NCBI GenBank assembly: GCA_905215525.1
Contig: CAJMQJ010000002.1
Coordinates: forward strand, 85,227 to 149,226
From: an uncultured bacterium
Lineage (GTDB): Bacteria > Actinomycetota > Coriobacteriia > Coriobacteriales > Coriobacteriaceae
DNA: 64,000 bases
Direction of reading: 5' to 3'
Shown here: in pieces, positions 50,696 through 60,118 of the stretch
Layout: each line of letters begins with the position of its first letter
How positions within the stretch are numbered: position 1 is the stretch's first letter
Translations under genes and position numbers: made by a program
Notes under the pieces: generated by a model
The model's input: the letters and a program-made list of their open reading frames with translations, nothing else
What the model was told of the DNA's origin: nothing
The model's database searches: none

Positions 50696-52099
50696 TTGTT
50701 TCGCTCCCCATCGTTAGGACTTATGCACATGGACCAGCGTTCCGTACGCGATATTCTTGCCGGTAAAACCTACTTTATCCGCACCTTTGGCTGCCAGATG
50801 AATCAGCACGACTCCGAGCGTGTGAGCGGTCTGCTTGATTCGTATGGCTGCCTTATGGCGCTCGATCCCGCGCATGCCGATATCGTTGTCTTCATGACGT
50901 GCTGCGTGCGCGAGGCCGCCGATACTCGCCTGTACGGTCAGTGTAATTCCTGCAAAAGCCTGCCGCCTTCGCCTTCGGGCAAGCGCGTGGTTGCCGTTGG
51001 CGGTTGCATCGCGCAGCGCGATGGCGAGGGCCTGCTCACTAACGTCGATAACGTCAATGTCATCTTTGGCACGCATTCCATTGCACATGTGGCCGAGCTC
51101 ATTGCCGAGGCGTTCCTTGATGGTAAGCGTCATATCCGCACCAATGAGCATGAGGATACGGACGCCATGAGCATGCCGTGGCATCGCGAGACCCAGTATC
51201 ACGCCTGGGTGCCCATCATGACAGGCTGCAATAATTTCTGCACCTATTGCATCGTGCCGTACGTGCGTGGTCGCGAAAAGAGCCGCCCCTTCGAGGAGAT
51301 TGTCGACGAGGTGACCGGTTTGGTACGCCAGGGCGTGCGTGAGATTACGCTGTTGGGCCAAAACGTTAACTCATATGGTCGCGATCTGTTTGGCAAGCCG
51401 CGTTTTGCCGATTTGCTGCGTGCCGTGGGCGATACGGGCGTGGAGCGCATCTTCTTTACGTCTTCGCATCCCAAGGATCTGCTGCCCGAGACCATCGACG
51501 CCATGGCCGAGACGCCTGCCGTTATGCCGCAGCTTCACCTGGCCGTCCAGTCAGGTTCGACGCGGATCCTCAAAGAGATGAATCGCCGTTATACACGCGA
51601 GGACTATCTGGGCCTGGTCGATCGCATTCGCAACCGCATGCCCGATATCGCGCTCTCGACCGACATTATCGTTGGCTTCCCGGGCGAGACTGAAGAAGAC
51701 TTTGAGCAGACGCTCTCGCTTGCTGAGACGGTCCGCTATGCTCAGGCCTATACCTTCATCTATTCCAAGCGTGCCGGTACCCCGGCCGCCGAGATTGACG
51801 ATCCTACGCCGCATGAGGTTATTCTCGAGCGTTTCAACCGCCTGGTTAAGGTTATCGAGACCACGGCACACGAGTATAACCAGGGTGAGCTTCATACTGT
51901 GGTTCCGGCGCTCATTGAGGGAACGAGTAAAAAGAACGACGCGGTCCTGCTGGGCAAGAGTCCCAAGAATCAGACCGTGCATGCGCCTATCCCCGAGGGG
52001 TACAGTATCGATCAGCTTGTTGGCAAGATCGTTGATGTTGACGTTGACATTGCCAAGACCTGGTATTTGTCCGGCTCCGTTGTGGGTGAGCCGCGCTAA
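50696..52099 (+). CDS. miaB: tRNA-2-methylthio-N6-dimethylallyladenosine synthase MiaB
   Basis: UPF0004 domain with FGCQMN, radical SAM CNNFCTYC and C-terminal TRAM. Adjacent to miaA. Confidence 0.9.
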   Translation: MFRSPSLGLMHMDQRSVRDILAGKTYFIRTFGCQMNQHDSERVSGLLDSYGCLMALDPAHADIVVFMTCCVREAADTRLYGQCNSCKSLPPSPSGKRVVAVGGCIAQRDGEGLLTNVDNVNVIFGTHSIAHVAELIAEAFLDGKRHIRTNEHEDTDAMSMPWHRETQYHAWVPIMTGCNNFCTYCIVPYVRGREKSRPFEEIVDEVTGLVRQGVREITLLGQNVNSYGRDLFGKPRFADLLRAVGDTGVERIFFTSSHPKDLLPETIDAMAETPAVMPQLHLAVQSGSTRILKEMNRRYTREDYLGLVDRIRNRMPDIALSTDIIVGFPGETEEDFEQTLSLAETVRYAQAYTFIYSKRAGTPAAEIDDPTPHEVILERFNRLVKVIETTAHEYNQGELHTVVPALIEGTSKKNDAVLLGKSPKNQTVHAPIPEGYSIDQLVGKIVDVDVDIAKTWYLSGSVVGEPR

Positions 52100-53037
52100 T
52101 GGTTGCTCCCGGGGCAGGTCTTTCCGCCGTTGCGATCGTCGGTCCGACGGCGGTTGGTAAGAGTGATGTTGCCGACCGTTTGGCAGCTCGTCTTTCGTCC
52201 GAAGTGCTGTCGTGCGATGCGATGCAAATCTATCGCGGCATGGACATCGGTACCGCAAAGATGGCGCCCGATGAGTGCACGGCGCCGCTGCGTCTCGTTG
52301 ACATTGTAGAGCCGGGTGTGGCATATTCTGCTGCGCTTTATCAGGCCGACGCTCGCGCGCATGTTGAACGTCTCCTTGGTTCGGGTTGCCTGCCGGTTTT
52401 TTGCGGAGGTACGGGGCTGTATCTCAAGGCCGCCCTCGATGAGATGGACTTTCCCTCGGGTGAACTTGAGGACGATCGTCGTGCGGGCTATCAGGAGCTT
52501 GCCGAGCGTATTGGCGAGGAAGAACTGCATGCCTTGCTTGCCGAGCGCGATCCAGAATCGGCTGCTGTTATTCATCCCCATAACGTGCGCCGTGTGATTC
52601 GTGCGCTCGAGATGCATGATGATGGTATCTCCTATGCACAGCAAAAAAGTCAGTTTAGTGTTCCGCGCGAGCATTATCATGCCCTATGGTTTGGTCTGAC
52701 GCGTAATCGCGAGGTGCTCTACGAGCGCATTAATCTGCGCGTCGATCTGATGTTTGAGCAGGGTCTTGTCGATGAGGTCCGCGGTCTTATGGCCCAGGGT
52801 CTGGGAGATGCCCTGACGTCGATGCAGGCAATTGGCTATAAAGAGATCATTGATGCTTTCAATGGCGTGATGAGCATGGATGAGGCCCGCGAACTCATTA
52901 AGATGCGTTCGCGTCGTTATGCCAAGCGTCAGCTTTCGTGGTTTAAGCGCGATGACCGTATCGTGTGGTTTGATATGGATGAATGTACGATCGATGAGGT
53001 CGTTGAGGATATCCTGCATCGTATTGAGGCTGCCTAA
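52099..53037 (+). CDS. miaA: tRNA dimethylallyltransferase MiaA
   Basis: P-loop GPTAVGKS. Start overlaps the miaB stop. Confidence 0.9.
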   Translation: MVAPGAGLSAVAIVGPTAVGKSDVADRLAARLSSEVLSCDAMQIYRGMDIGTAKMAPDECTAPLRLVDIVEPGVAYSAALYQADARAHVERLLGSGCLPVFCGGTGLYLKAALDEMDFPSGELEDDRRAGYQELAERIGEEELHALLAERDPESAAVIHPHNVRRVIRALEMHDDGISYAQQKSQFSVPREHYHALWFGLTRNREVLYERINLRVDLMFEQGLVDEVRGLMAQGLGDALTSMQAIGYKEIIDAFNGVMSMDEARELIKMRSRRYAKRQLSWFKRDDRIVWFDMDECTIDEVVEDILHRIEAA

Positions 53038-54326
53038 TGGCCCGTTTCCCCCTTGTTCCCACGGCACCCGAGCCCGAGCGTGCCATTTTAGTTGGTGTTG
53101 AGTGGCGCGACAATGCATGGCCGCTCGATCGCTCGCTTGATGAGCTGGAGCGTCTTGCCCACACAGCTGGTGCCCGGTGCGTGGCACGCTTGTCGCAGCG
53201 TTTGGTAAAGCCGTATCCTAAATCGTTTATCGGTTCCGGTAAGGTTGAAGAGCTGTGCGGCCTGGTGCATCGCATGGATGCCGATGTCGTTATTTTTGAC
53301 GACGACCTGACCCCCTCGCAGCAATCCTATTTGGAGAAAGCCGTGGGCGAGCCGGTAAAGATTATCGATCGTACAGCACTGATCCTGGATATCTTTGGCC
53401 TGCATGCTCGGACGCGTGAGGGACGCCTGCAGGTACAGCTGGCACAGCTTCAATATTTGTTGCCTCGCCTGCGTGGCATGTGGAGCCATCTCGCCAAGGA
53501 GCAGACGCGCGGCGGCATCGGCTCACGTTTTGGTCAGGGCGAAAGTCAGCTCGAGGTCGACCGTCGCCTCATTCGTAATAAGATCGCTGCGCTTCGTCGT
53601 GAGCTCAAGCAGGTTGAACAGCGTCGCGATGTTCAATCCAAGAGTCGCATTGAGTCCCCGGCGTTTCGCGTCGCGTTAGCCGGTTATACCAATGCCGGTA
53701 AATCGACGTTACTCAATCGTCTGACCGGCTCTACGGTACTTTCGCAGGACAAGCTGTTTGCTACGCTCGACCCGACGACGCGTTCGTATCGTCTGCCCGG
53801 CGGTCGCGGCATGACGATTACCGATACCGTCGGCTTTATTCAAAAGCTGCCCCATGGTCTGGTCGATGCCTTTAAATCGACGCTGTCCGAGGTTTTGGGT
53901 GCCGATCTAATTCTCAAAGTCGTAGATGCGTCTGACGAGGACTATGAGCGGCAGCTGGAGGCTGTCGACCGCGTGCTTGATGAGATCGGCGCCGGAGAGC
54001 GTTTAACGCTGACCGTATTCAATAAAATCGATCTTCTCGATAGCGTCGATCGATTGAGTTTCCGTCGTCGCTATCCGGAGGCCGTTCTGTTCTCGGCCCA
54101 AACGGGCGAGGGGCTCGACGATCTCGTCGACCGGATTGCTCGCGAGGCAGCTGCCACCGATGTGTTGCTCTCCGCTGATATCCCGTATCGTGAGGGCGCT
54201 CTCATCACGCTGGTGCATGAGCAGGGAACCCTTCTGCATGAGGAATATCTCGAGGACGGCGTTCGCATTGTGGCGAAACTGCCGGCTCGTATTGCACCGC
54301 GGCTCGAGCGTTATCGCACCGAGTAG
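53037..54326 (+). CDS. hflX: GTPase HflX
   Basis: HflX N-terminal domain and G domain (GYTNAGKSTLLN, DTVGF). Start overlaps the miaA stop. Confidence 0.9.
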   Translation: MARFPLVPTAPEPERAILVGVEWRDNAWPLDRSLDELERLAHTAGARCVARLSQRLVKPYPKSFIGSGKVEELCGLVHRMDADVVIFDDDLTPSQQSYLEKAVGEPVKIIDRTALILDIFGLHARTREGRLQVQLAQLQYLLPRLRGMWSHLAKEQTRGGIGSRFGQGESQLEVDRRLIRNKIAALRRELKQVEQRRDVQSKSRIESPAFRVALAGYTNAGKSTLLNRLTGSTVLSQDKLFATLDPTTRSYRLPGGRGMTITDTVGFIQKLPHGLVDAFKSTLSEVLGADLILKVVDASDEDYERQLEAVDRVLDEIGAGERLTLTVFNKIDLLDSVDRLSFRRRYPEAVLFSAQTGEGLDDLVDRIAREAAATDVLLSADIPYREGALITLVHEQGTLLHEEYLEDGVRIVAKLPARIAPRLERYRTE

Positions 54327-55015
54327 ACGATCTCCAAAATGCCCAGAATGATGGGCTGATGCAGCAGATAAAAGGGGAGAGCGTGACGTCCAAGGCTGGC
54401 GAGCGCCGGCAGGGGGTTGGCGTAGGCCCAGCTAGGGACGGTCTTATCGATACTCTTCGCTATGTGTGCGGCGAAGTATCCTGCAAGATACATAAAGATA
54501 AACGGGATGATGGGGTAGTAATCACCTGAGACAAACCCAGGGCTCGGAAATCCCAGCCACGCCAGGTAGGGGACAGGGTAGATCGTTTTGGGGATGCTCC
54601 AGGTGAGGGCGAACAACACAAGGCATAGGGGCATGCCCCATCTCGCCGTTATCTTCTTAAGGACGGGATCGGTCAACGCCACGATGCCGGTGCATGCGGC
54701 CATGCAGTAGATGATGCCAAAATTAACCGAATCGTCGAATGAGACAAGTGTTGTTGCCAACCAGACAACGAGTGCTGCTAAGGCGTATTTGGCGGCACGT
54801 TTGATATTGTTGCGCGAAAGAGTGCACATCCAACCCGCGATAAACAAAAATACCCAGCTGATGCTGGCGCGCCAGACGTCTTGAAAGACAGTCTGGGTAA
54901 ACCAAGGCATATCCCAGCCGTACAGGTAGGCGAGATCATAGCAAGCGTGAAAACCTGCCATAGAAATCATCGTAAACCCGCGGACGGTATCAAAGATGGT
55001 TATGCGTTTTTGCAT
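54311..55015 (-). CDS. Polytopic membrane protein, DUF1624/HGSNAT-like putative acyltransferase
   Basis: N-terminal RxxxxDxxRGxxM-like motif (RITIFDTVRGFTMISMAGFH) and at least 6 predicted TM helices. Confidence 0.5.
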   Translation of the reverse strand: MQKRITIFDTVRGFTMISMAGFHACYDLAYLYGWDMPWFTQTVFQDVWRASISWVFLFIAGWMCTLSRNNIKRAAKYALAALVVWLATTLVSFDDSVNFGIIYCMAACTGIVALTDPVLKKITARWGMPLCLVLFALTWSIPKTIYPVPYLAWLGFPSPGFVSGDYYPIIPFIFMYLAGYFAAHIAKSIDKTVPSWAYANPLPALASLGRHALPFYLLHQPIILGILEIVYSVR

Positions 55016-55659
55016 TACGAGAACCGGCGCATCAAGCCGACGACTTTGCCCAGGATAACGGGATTCGTTGCATAGATAGGTTCCATGGTGTCGTTCTCGG
55101 GCTGCAAGCGCACACGCCCCTGCTCCTTGTAGAACGTCTTGACGGTCGCCGAACCATCAATCATGGCCACGACAATTTCGCCGTTCATGGCACTCTTTTG
55201 TTCACGGACGATGATGTAATCGCCATTGAAGATGCCGACATTGATCATTGAGCTCCCATGCACCTCAAGGATAAAGGAACCCTGATCAGTGGCGATTTCG
55301 GTCGGGATAGTAAACGTGTCTTCGATATTCTGCTCGGCCAGAATGGGAATCCCAGCCGCGACGCGACCAACGAGCGGTAGCGAGACCGTTCCGCGAGGTG
55401 CGGTGGGCTCGTCAGATTTGGAAATTGAGACAGAGGAGCCATCCTCGTTAAAGAGTTCCAGGGCGCGCGGCTTGGTGGCATCGCGCTTGAGTAGCCCGCG
55501 CGCCTCCAGGGCAGAGAGATGGGCGTGCACGGTGCTGGGGGAGGAAAGGCCCACGGCAGAAGCCATCTCGCGCACGCTGGGCGGATAACCCTTCTCCTGC
55601 TGATATTCCTTGATGAAGTCGTAAATTTGCTGCTGACGCTTGGTAATTTTGCGAGCCAT
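55015..55659 (-). CDS. lexA: SOS repressor LexA
   Basis: N-terminal wHTH (MARKITKRQQQIYDFIKEY…), Ala-Gly cleavage site region and S24 peptidase Ser/Lys motifs. Start trimmed from the ORF-track 55764 to the internal ATG (55657-55659). Confidence 0.9.
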   Translation of the reverse strand: MARKITKRQQQIYDFIKEYQQEKGYPPSVREMASAVGLSSPSTVHAHLSALEARGLLKRDATKPRALELFNEDGSSVSISKSDEPTAPRGTVSLPLVGRVAAGIPILAEQNIEDTFTIPTEIATDQGSFILEVHGSSMINVGIFNGDYIIVREQKSAMNGEIVVAMIDGSATVKTFYKEQGRVRLQPENDTMEPIYATNPVILGKVVGLMRRFS

Positions 55660-55682
55660 CAGGGCATCCTCTCTACCCATGT

Positions 55683-55751
55683 CAAACAAATGTTCGAATT
55701 TTGCTTGACAGGAACAACTGTTCGAAGATAATAATAACCGAACATTCGTTC
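55683..55751. promoter_or_regulatory. Three SOS boxes in the lexA / LysM-gene divergent promoter region
   Basis: Box 1 TCAAAC-AAAT-GTTCGA (55683-55698, one mismatch). Box 2 GAAC-AACT-GTTCGA (55712-55725). Box 3 CGAAC-ATTC-GTTC (55739-55751). All three match the GAAC-N4-GTTC actinobacterial/Gram-positive LexA consensus. Confidence 0.7.
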
Positions 55752-55819
55752 TCGCGCTAGACATTTTTGTCCGCGCGGCTTGATAAAACTGTTCTCAGCA
55801 AAACACGCGAGAGGAGAAC

Positions 55820-56272
55820 ATGATGAACGTAACGAATATGGTCCAGGGAAACCTCGCCCTTAAGCTCGAGACGCCTGCAGAACCCACTTTTACGGTTGTT
55901 CAGGGTGGCCGCTCCGGCTTTCAGCCTTTGACCGTAAAGCCTGCGCGCAATCAGCAGGCTGTAGTCGCGCCGGCCCGCGTTGCCCTGAAGGTTCCGACGA
56001 TTGTCGCCGTCGCCGTTGCGCTTACGCTCTTCTTTGTCCTCGCTATGTCGGTCTTTAGCGCTCGTCACGCCGCGTATGCCGAGTCCGTTTCCAACATTAC
56101 CTACGAGACCATTCGCGTTCAGCCTGGCGATTCTCTTTGGTCGCTTGCCGAAGAATATCCAATCGAACGCCTTTCCACGCAAGAGACTTCCGACATGATC
56201 CGTAGCGTCAATCATCTGGAGCATGGTTCGCTCGCCGCCGGTGCGCATCTTAAGGTTCCTGCTCGTTCGTAA
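55820..56272 (+). CDS. LysM-domain membrane protein, likely an SOS-regulated cell-wall protein
   Basis: Signal-anchor helix and C-terminal LysM (YETIRVQPGDSLWSLAEEY…LKVP). The divergent-from-lexA arrangement mirrors the mycobacterial lexA/Rv2719c locus. Confidence 0.75.
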   Translation: MMNVTNMVQGNLALKLETPAEPTFTVVQGGRSGFQPLTVKPARNQQAVVAPARVALKVPTIVAVAVALTLFFVLAMSVFSARHAAYAESVSNITYETIRVQPGDSLWSLAEEYPIERLSTQETSDMIRSVNHLEHGSLAAGAHLKVPARS

Positions 56273-56323
56273 TCATTATCTCGCTGCGCATGGTACCCTT
56301 GTTATCGTTTAAGAGGAGGTACC

Positions 56324-56767
56324 ATGCGCTGTCCCAAATGCGGCAAGGCACATACCCGCGTCGTTGATTCCCGTATGCAGGAGTCAAATAACACCATTAA
56401 GCGCCGTCGCGAATGTTGCTCGTGTAACTACCGCTTTACAACGTTCGAGCGATGCGAAGACCCAATCGAGGTCATTAAGTCAGACGGAACCAAGCAGCGG
56501 TTTGATCGCAATAAGCTGCTCGTCGGCTTGATGCGCGCCACCATCAAGCGCGATATCGACACTAAGAAGCTCAATGAGATTATCGACGACATCGAGGTTG
56601 AGCTGCGCTCTCGCACGCTGACGGCCGTCACGTCCCATGAGTTGGGTGACATGGTGCTCAAGCGCTTGGCCAAGATCGACAAGGTGGCCTACATTCGCTT
56701 TGCCTCGGTCTACCGCGATTTCAAAGACGTCGATGAGTTTCTGCAAGAGCTCGACAAGCTAAGGTGA
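56324..56767 (+). CDS. nrdR: Transcriptional repressor NrdR
   Basis: Zinc ribbon MRCPKCG…[12 protein letters not shown] and ATP-cone domain. Confidence 0.95.
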   Translation: MRCPKCGKAHTRVVDSRMQESNNTIKRRRECCSCNYRFTTFERCEDPIEVIKSDGTKQRFDRNKLLVGLMRATIKRDIDTKKLNEIIDDIEVELRSRTLTAVTSHELGDMVLKRLAKIDKVAYIRFASVYRDFKDVDEFLQELDKLR

Positions 56768-56771
56768 TTCC

Positions 56772-57215
56772 ATGTCCAACATTACCGTCAACATAAAGCG
56801 TCTCGACCCCACCGTTGAGCTTCCCAAATACGCCCATCCCACCGATGCTGGCTTGGATTTGCGCTCCAACGAGGACTGCGTCCTGAAGCCCTTCGAACGC
56901 CGTCTGGTCTCTACGGGGCTGGCCATCGCCCTGCCCGATGGCTACGCCGGCTTCGTCCAGCCCCGCAGCGGCTTGGCCATCAAGCAGGGCCTGTCTATAG
57001 TCAACACGCCGGGCCTCATCGACGCCCACTACCGAGGGGAACTCAAGGTTATCCTCATCAACCTGGATCCCACCAACGACATCCAAATCAACAAAGGCGA
57101 CCGCATAGCCCAACTCGTCATCCAAGAAGTCCCCACGGTCAACCTCATAGAAGTAGAAGAACTAGACGAAACCGACCGAGGCAAAGGAGGCTTCGGCTCC
57201 AGCGGCATCGCCTAG
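56772..57215 (+). CDS. dut: dUTP diphosphatase
   Basis: dUTPase motifs AGLDLRS, PRSGLA and [10 protein letters not shown]. Confidence 0.9.
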   Translation: MSNITVNIKRLDPTVELPKYAHPTDAGLDLRSNEDCVLKPFERRLVSTGLAIALPDGYAGFVQPRSGLAIKQGLSIVNTPGLIDAHYRGELKVILINLDPTNDIQINKGDRIAQLVIQEVPTVNLIEVEELDETDRGKGGFGSSGIA

Positions 57216-57228
57216 GGCGCTCGTATCC

Positions 57229-57336
57229 CTCCCGCCCGGGGCTTACCTATATCATTCCATGCTCAAACATTCTCGCGTCGCTTCGCTCGCTGCGAAACTG
57301 CGCGTGGAACGATATAGGTAAGCCCCGGGCGGGCGG
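57229..57336. repeat. Palindromic element copy A (family P2): 23 bp inverted arms CCCGCCCGGGGCTTACCTATATC / GATATAGGTAAGCCCCGGGCGGG flanking a 57 bp core
   Basis: Perfect reverse-complement arms, read by eye. Core ATTCCATGCTCAAACATTCTCGCG…CGCGTGGAAC. Confidence 0.8.
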
Positions 57337-57366
57337 CTACTCGCTTGAAACAATATTTACTTTTCT

Positions 57367-57430
57367 AGTAAGTCGATGCGATAAAGGGACGCCTCCTTTG
57401 TCGCATCGACTTACTGTATTTATATTTTTC
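57367..57430 (+). terminator. Long-stem (21 bp) hairpin plus U-tract, probable dut terminator
   Basis: AGTAAGTCGATGCGATAAAGG-GACGCCT-CCTTTGTCGCATCGACTTACT (one G·T wobble), followed by GTATTTATATTTTT. Confidence 0.65.
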
Positions 57431-57490
57431 GGTTTCGCCTTTGCAGATTTTAATGGTGGGGATCCGGTATAGCTGCTAGCACGTAAACGT

Positions 57491-57597
57491 AGCTGCTCGG
57501 CGGGAGCCGCCCATATATCGTTCCACGCGCAGTTTCGCAGCGCAGCGAGAATGTTTGAGCATGGAATGATATATGGGCGGCTCCCGCCGAGCAGCGG
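57491..57597. repeat. Palindromic element copy B (family P2, inverted orientation). 28 bp arms diverged from copy A but still self-complementary; the core has a 9 nt deletion
   Basis: Arms GCTGCTCGGCGGGAGCCGCCCATATATC / GATATATGGGCGGCTCCCGCCGAGCAGC. The core is the reverse complement of the copy-A core minus about 9 nt. Confidence 0.8.
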
Positions 57598-57605
57598 ACT
57601 ATCGC

Positions 57606-58946
57606 CTAGCGGATATGCGCGGGTTTTCCGCCCCAGTAGAAGCGGCAGAAGGCTCTTTTGCGCTTTTGGGGTTTGCCTACGAGCTCTATGGTGGCGATGG
57701 CGATGTCTTCGGCTGCGTGGGGGCGGCGTAGTACTTCGCCGTTGATGAGTAGCGCTTTGAGTGATTCGGGATGGTCGTGCAAGTGACGTAGGGTAACGAT
57801 GAGTTCTCGTGCCGTGGTGACGTGCATGCTGGCTCCCATGCCGGTGAGCATCGTGGTGTTGGCCTTTTCCTGGCCGTACGATTTGCCCAGCAGGATCATC
57901 GGCAGATGCGCACACAGGCACTCGGTGACGGTGAGTCCGCCCGATTTGAGAATTGCCAGGTCGCACCCGTGCATGAGGGCCGCCATGTCGTCGACATAGT
58001 CCAACACCGTGACGTTCTCGAGCTTCATGGCATCGAAGAGCGTCTTCAGCCGGGTGGCATACTCCACGTCTTTGCCCGGCAAAAAGACAAAGTGCATGTC
58101 CTCGAAACTGCGCAGGAAGGGGAGGGTCTGGTCCATCGCCGCGCGAAAGCGGACGTACGGTTGAGGTAAACTGGCGCCGGCCATAACCAGCACGACGGTC
58201 TTGTCGGTGGGGAGGTTGAACTTGGCTAGCTCTTCCTCGCGATCGTAATCCGTGTCGAATCCGGCGCGAATAGGAATGCCGGTAATGCGAATCTTTGCCT
58301 CGGGCACCTTGCGCGGACGCAGCGTTTCGGACATAAATTCGTTGGCAACACAGAATAGATCGGTGTCCTTGTGGGGCCACCAGCCCTCGACTTCGTAGTC
58401 GGTCGGTACGCAGATGACTGGATAATCGATACCCGTAATTATGCGGGCACCCACGGCAACATTGGCTGCTGTGATGTGCGTTGCGACCACGGCTATGGGC
58501 CTGCGGCTACGAATATATTCGTTGAAGGCGGGGAACATGATTCGCGACCATGCCGTGCCGCCACCCCAGAGAAGATGTCCCGTAAGTGTATATCTCCAGG
58601 TCAGGTCGTAAATGGGGCGCGTGGCTCCCGTAAAAGAAGCCGCGGTCTTATTACCGTCGAATTTAATACGTCCAAAATCAAGGATATCGAGCACTTCAAT
58701 CTCAACATCCTCGGGGATGCCATTGGTGCCGCGGATGAGGTCGAAGGCCTGCGCAATCGCATTTGCGGCGGCCTTATGGCCTGAGCCGACCGAGGCGTGC
58801 ACGATGGTCACGAGAGATTTTTGCTGAGCCAAGAGCGCTGTTTGCTCCGATTGGGGAGTGCTGTGCGTGAGCAGGGGAGCGTCGTCGCTCGTCTGCGTTT
58901 GATCCATCGATAACTCCCCTTCGACGTTGTAACACGGATTTATCAT
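57606..58946 (-). CDS. GT28-family glycosyltransferase (MGDG synthase / UgtP-like diacylglycerol glycosyltransferase)
   Basis: N-terminal GSGHxxAAxAI motif (SVGSGHKAAANAIAQAF) and a C-terminal GT-B domain. Resembles processive diacylglycerol glucosyltransferases. Confidence 0.7.
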   Translation of the reverse strand: MINPCYNVEGELSMDQTQTSDDAPLLTHSTPQSEQTALLAQQKSLVTIVHASVGSGHKAAANAIAQAFDLIRGTNGIPEDVEIEVLDILDFGRIKFDGNKTAASFTGATRPIYDLTWRYTLTGHLLWGGGTAWSRIMFPAFNEYIRSRRPIAVVATHITAANVAVGARIITGIDYPVICVPTDYEVEGWWPHKDTDLFCVANEFMSETLRPRKVPEAKIRITGIPIRAGFDTDYDREEELAKFNLPTDKTVVLVMAGASLPQPYVRFRAAMDQTLPFLRSFEDMHFVFLPGKDVEYATRLKTLFDAMKLENVTVLDYVDDMAALMHGCDLAILKSGGLTVTECLCAHLPMILLGKSYGQEKANTTMLTGMGASMHVTTARELIVTLRHLHDHPESLKALLINGEVLRRPHAAEDIAIATIELVGKPQKRKRAFCRFYWGGKPAHIR

Positions 58947-59025
58947 TGTAGTGCATGAGTGTCACGTTCACGTAAATTTGGGTATGAGCGCAAAGAACGA
59001 CAACGTTTCGACGAGAGGACTCTTC

Positions 59026-59964
59026 ATGATTACCGATCAGACAATCGATGTTGCGATTATCGGTGGCGGCCCCGCGGGCTATGCTGCCGCCATTTATGCG
59101 GCGCGCGCCAACCTGACGACGACTGTCCTTGAGCAGGGCATGTCGGGCGGACAGATTGCCACGAGCAACGAGATTGAGAATTATCCTGGCATTCCGCTGC
59201 TGAGCGGTGCCGAACTTGGTGAGCGGTTTCAACAGCATGCTGAAGGCCTGGGGGCTCAGGTTGAATGGAGTATGGTGACAGGCGTCGACTACGATGTCGA
59301 TGCGGCTCAATTTACCATCCATCATGATATGGGCGGCACGGCGGCCAAGAGCGTCATTGCGTGCATGGGCGCCACGCCGCGTCCTGCGGGTTTTGTTGGC
59401 GAGGACACGTATCGTGGTCGTGGCGTTTCGTATTGCGCAACGTGTGACGGCATGTTCTTCCGCGGCAAGCAGGTCTTTGTTATCGGAGGCGGCAATTCGG
59501 CATGCGAGGAGGCGCTGTTCCTGTCCGACATTGCCAGCAGCGTGACCATCGTGCTGCGTCGCGATCAGTTCCGTGCACCCGAGGGCGTTGTGAATAAGGT
59601 GCTTGCAAAGGAGAATATATCAGTTAGGTACCAAACTAGTATTGTTGAGCTTTCTGGTGAAGCGATGCCCACGACAATCACGTTCAAGGACAATGCGACT
59701 GGTGAAATGCACACTGAGTCCTTTGAACCTGGCTCATTTGGTATTTTTGTCTTTACGGGGACGCAGCCGCATACCGAGCTGGTTGAGCATCTCGTCGATC
59801 TGGCTCCCGACGGCGGCATTGTCACCGACGATTCGATGGCTACCCGTACGCCCGGCTTATTCGCAGCCGGCGATATCCGTTCCAAGCGTTTACGCCAGGT
59901 TGTGACCGCCGTTTCGGACGGAGCCATAGCGGCAACCAGCGCATACGCTTTCTTACGCGCATAA
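59026..59964 (+). CDS. trxB: Thioredoxin-disulfide reductase
   Basis: FAD motif IIGGGPAGYAAAIYAAR, redox-active CATCDG and NADPH motif GGGNSA. Start trimmed to MITDQ. Confidence 0.9.
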   Translation: MITDQTIDVAIIGGGPAGYAAAIYAARANLTTTVLEQGMSGGQIATSNEIENYPGIPLLSGAELGERFQQHAEGLGAQVEWSMVTGVDYDVDAAQFTIHHDMGGTAAKSVIACMGATPRPAGFVGEDTYRGRGVSYCATCDGMFFRGKQVFVIGGGNSACEEALFLSDIASSVTIVLRRDQFRAPEGVVNKVLAKENISVRYQTSIVELSGEAMPTTITFKDNATGEMHTESFEPGSFGIFVFTGTQPHTELVEHLVDLAPDGGIVTDDSMATRTPGLFAAGDIRSKRLRQVVTAVSDGAIAATSAYAFLRA

Positions 59965-60007
59965 GTACGATAATATATCTTATGTAAGGTTGCTATCTTT
60001 AAACATA

Positions 60008-60047
60008 GTGGTTGGACAGTGCATCAATGTGCCGTCCAACCACTTTT
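60008..60047 (+). terminator. Rho-independent terminator after trxB
   Basis: GTGGTTGGAC-(16 nt loop)-GTCCAACCAC followed by TTTT. Confidence 0.7.
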
Positions 60048-60118
60048 ACTTTGCGGCTATGTAGTATGCAAAACTATATAACCTAGAATACAATATAGAA
60101 AACGAACGGGGGCCTCTT

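Noticed and set aside
57337-58380. 347 aa - strand ORF overlapping the GT28 glycosyltransferase gene in another frame and extending across the palindromic repeats
   Set aside because: Arg/His-rich junk translation. It overlaps a convincing GT-B glycosyltransferase on the same strand in a different frame.
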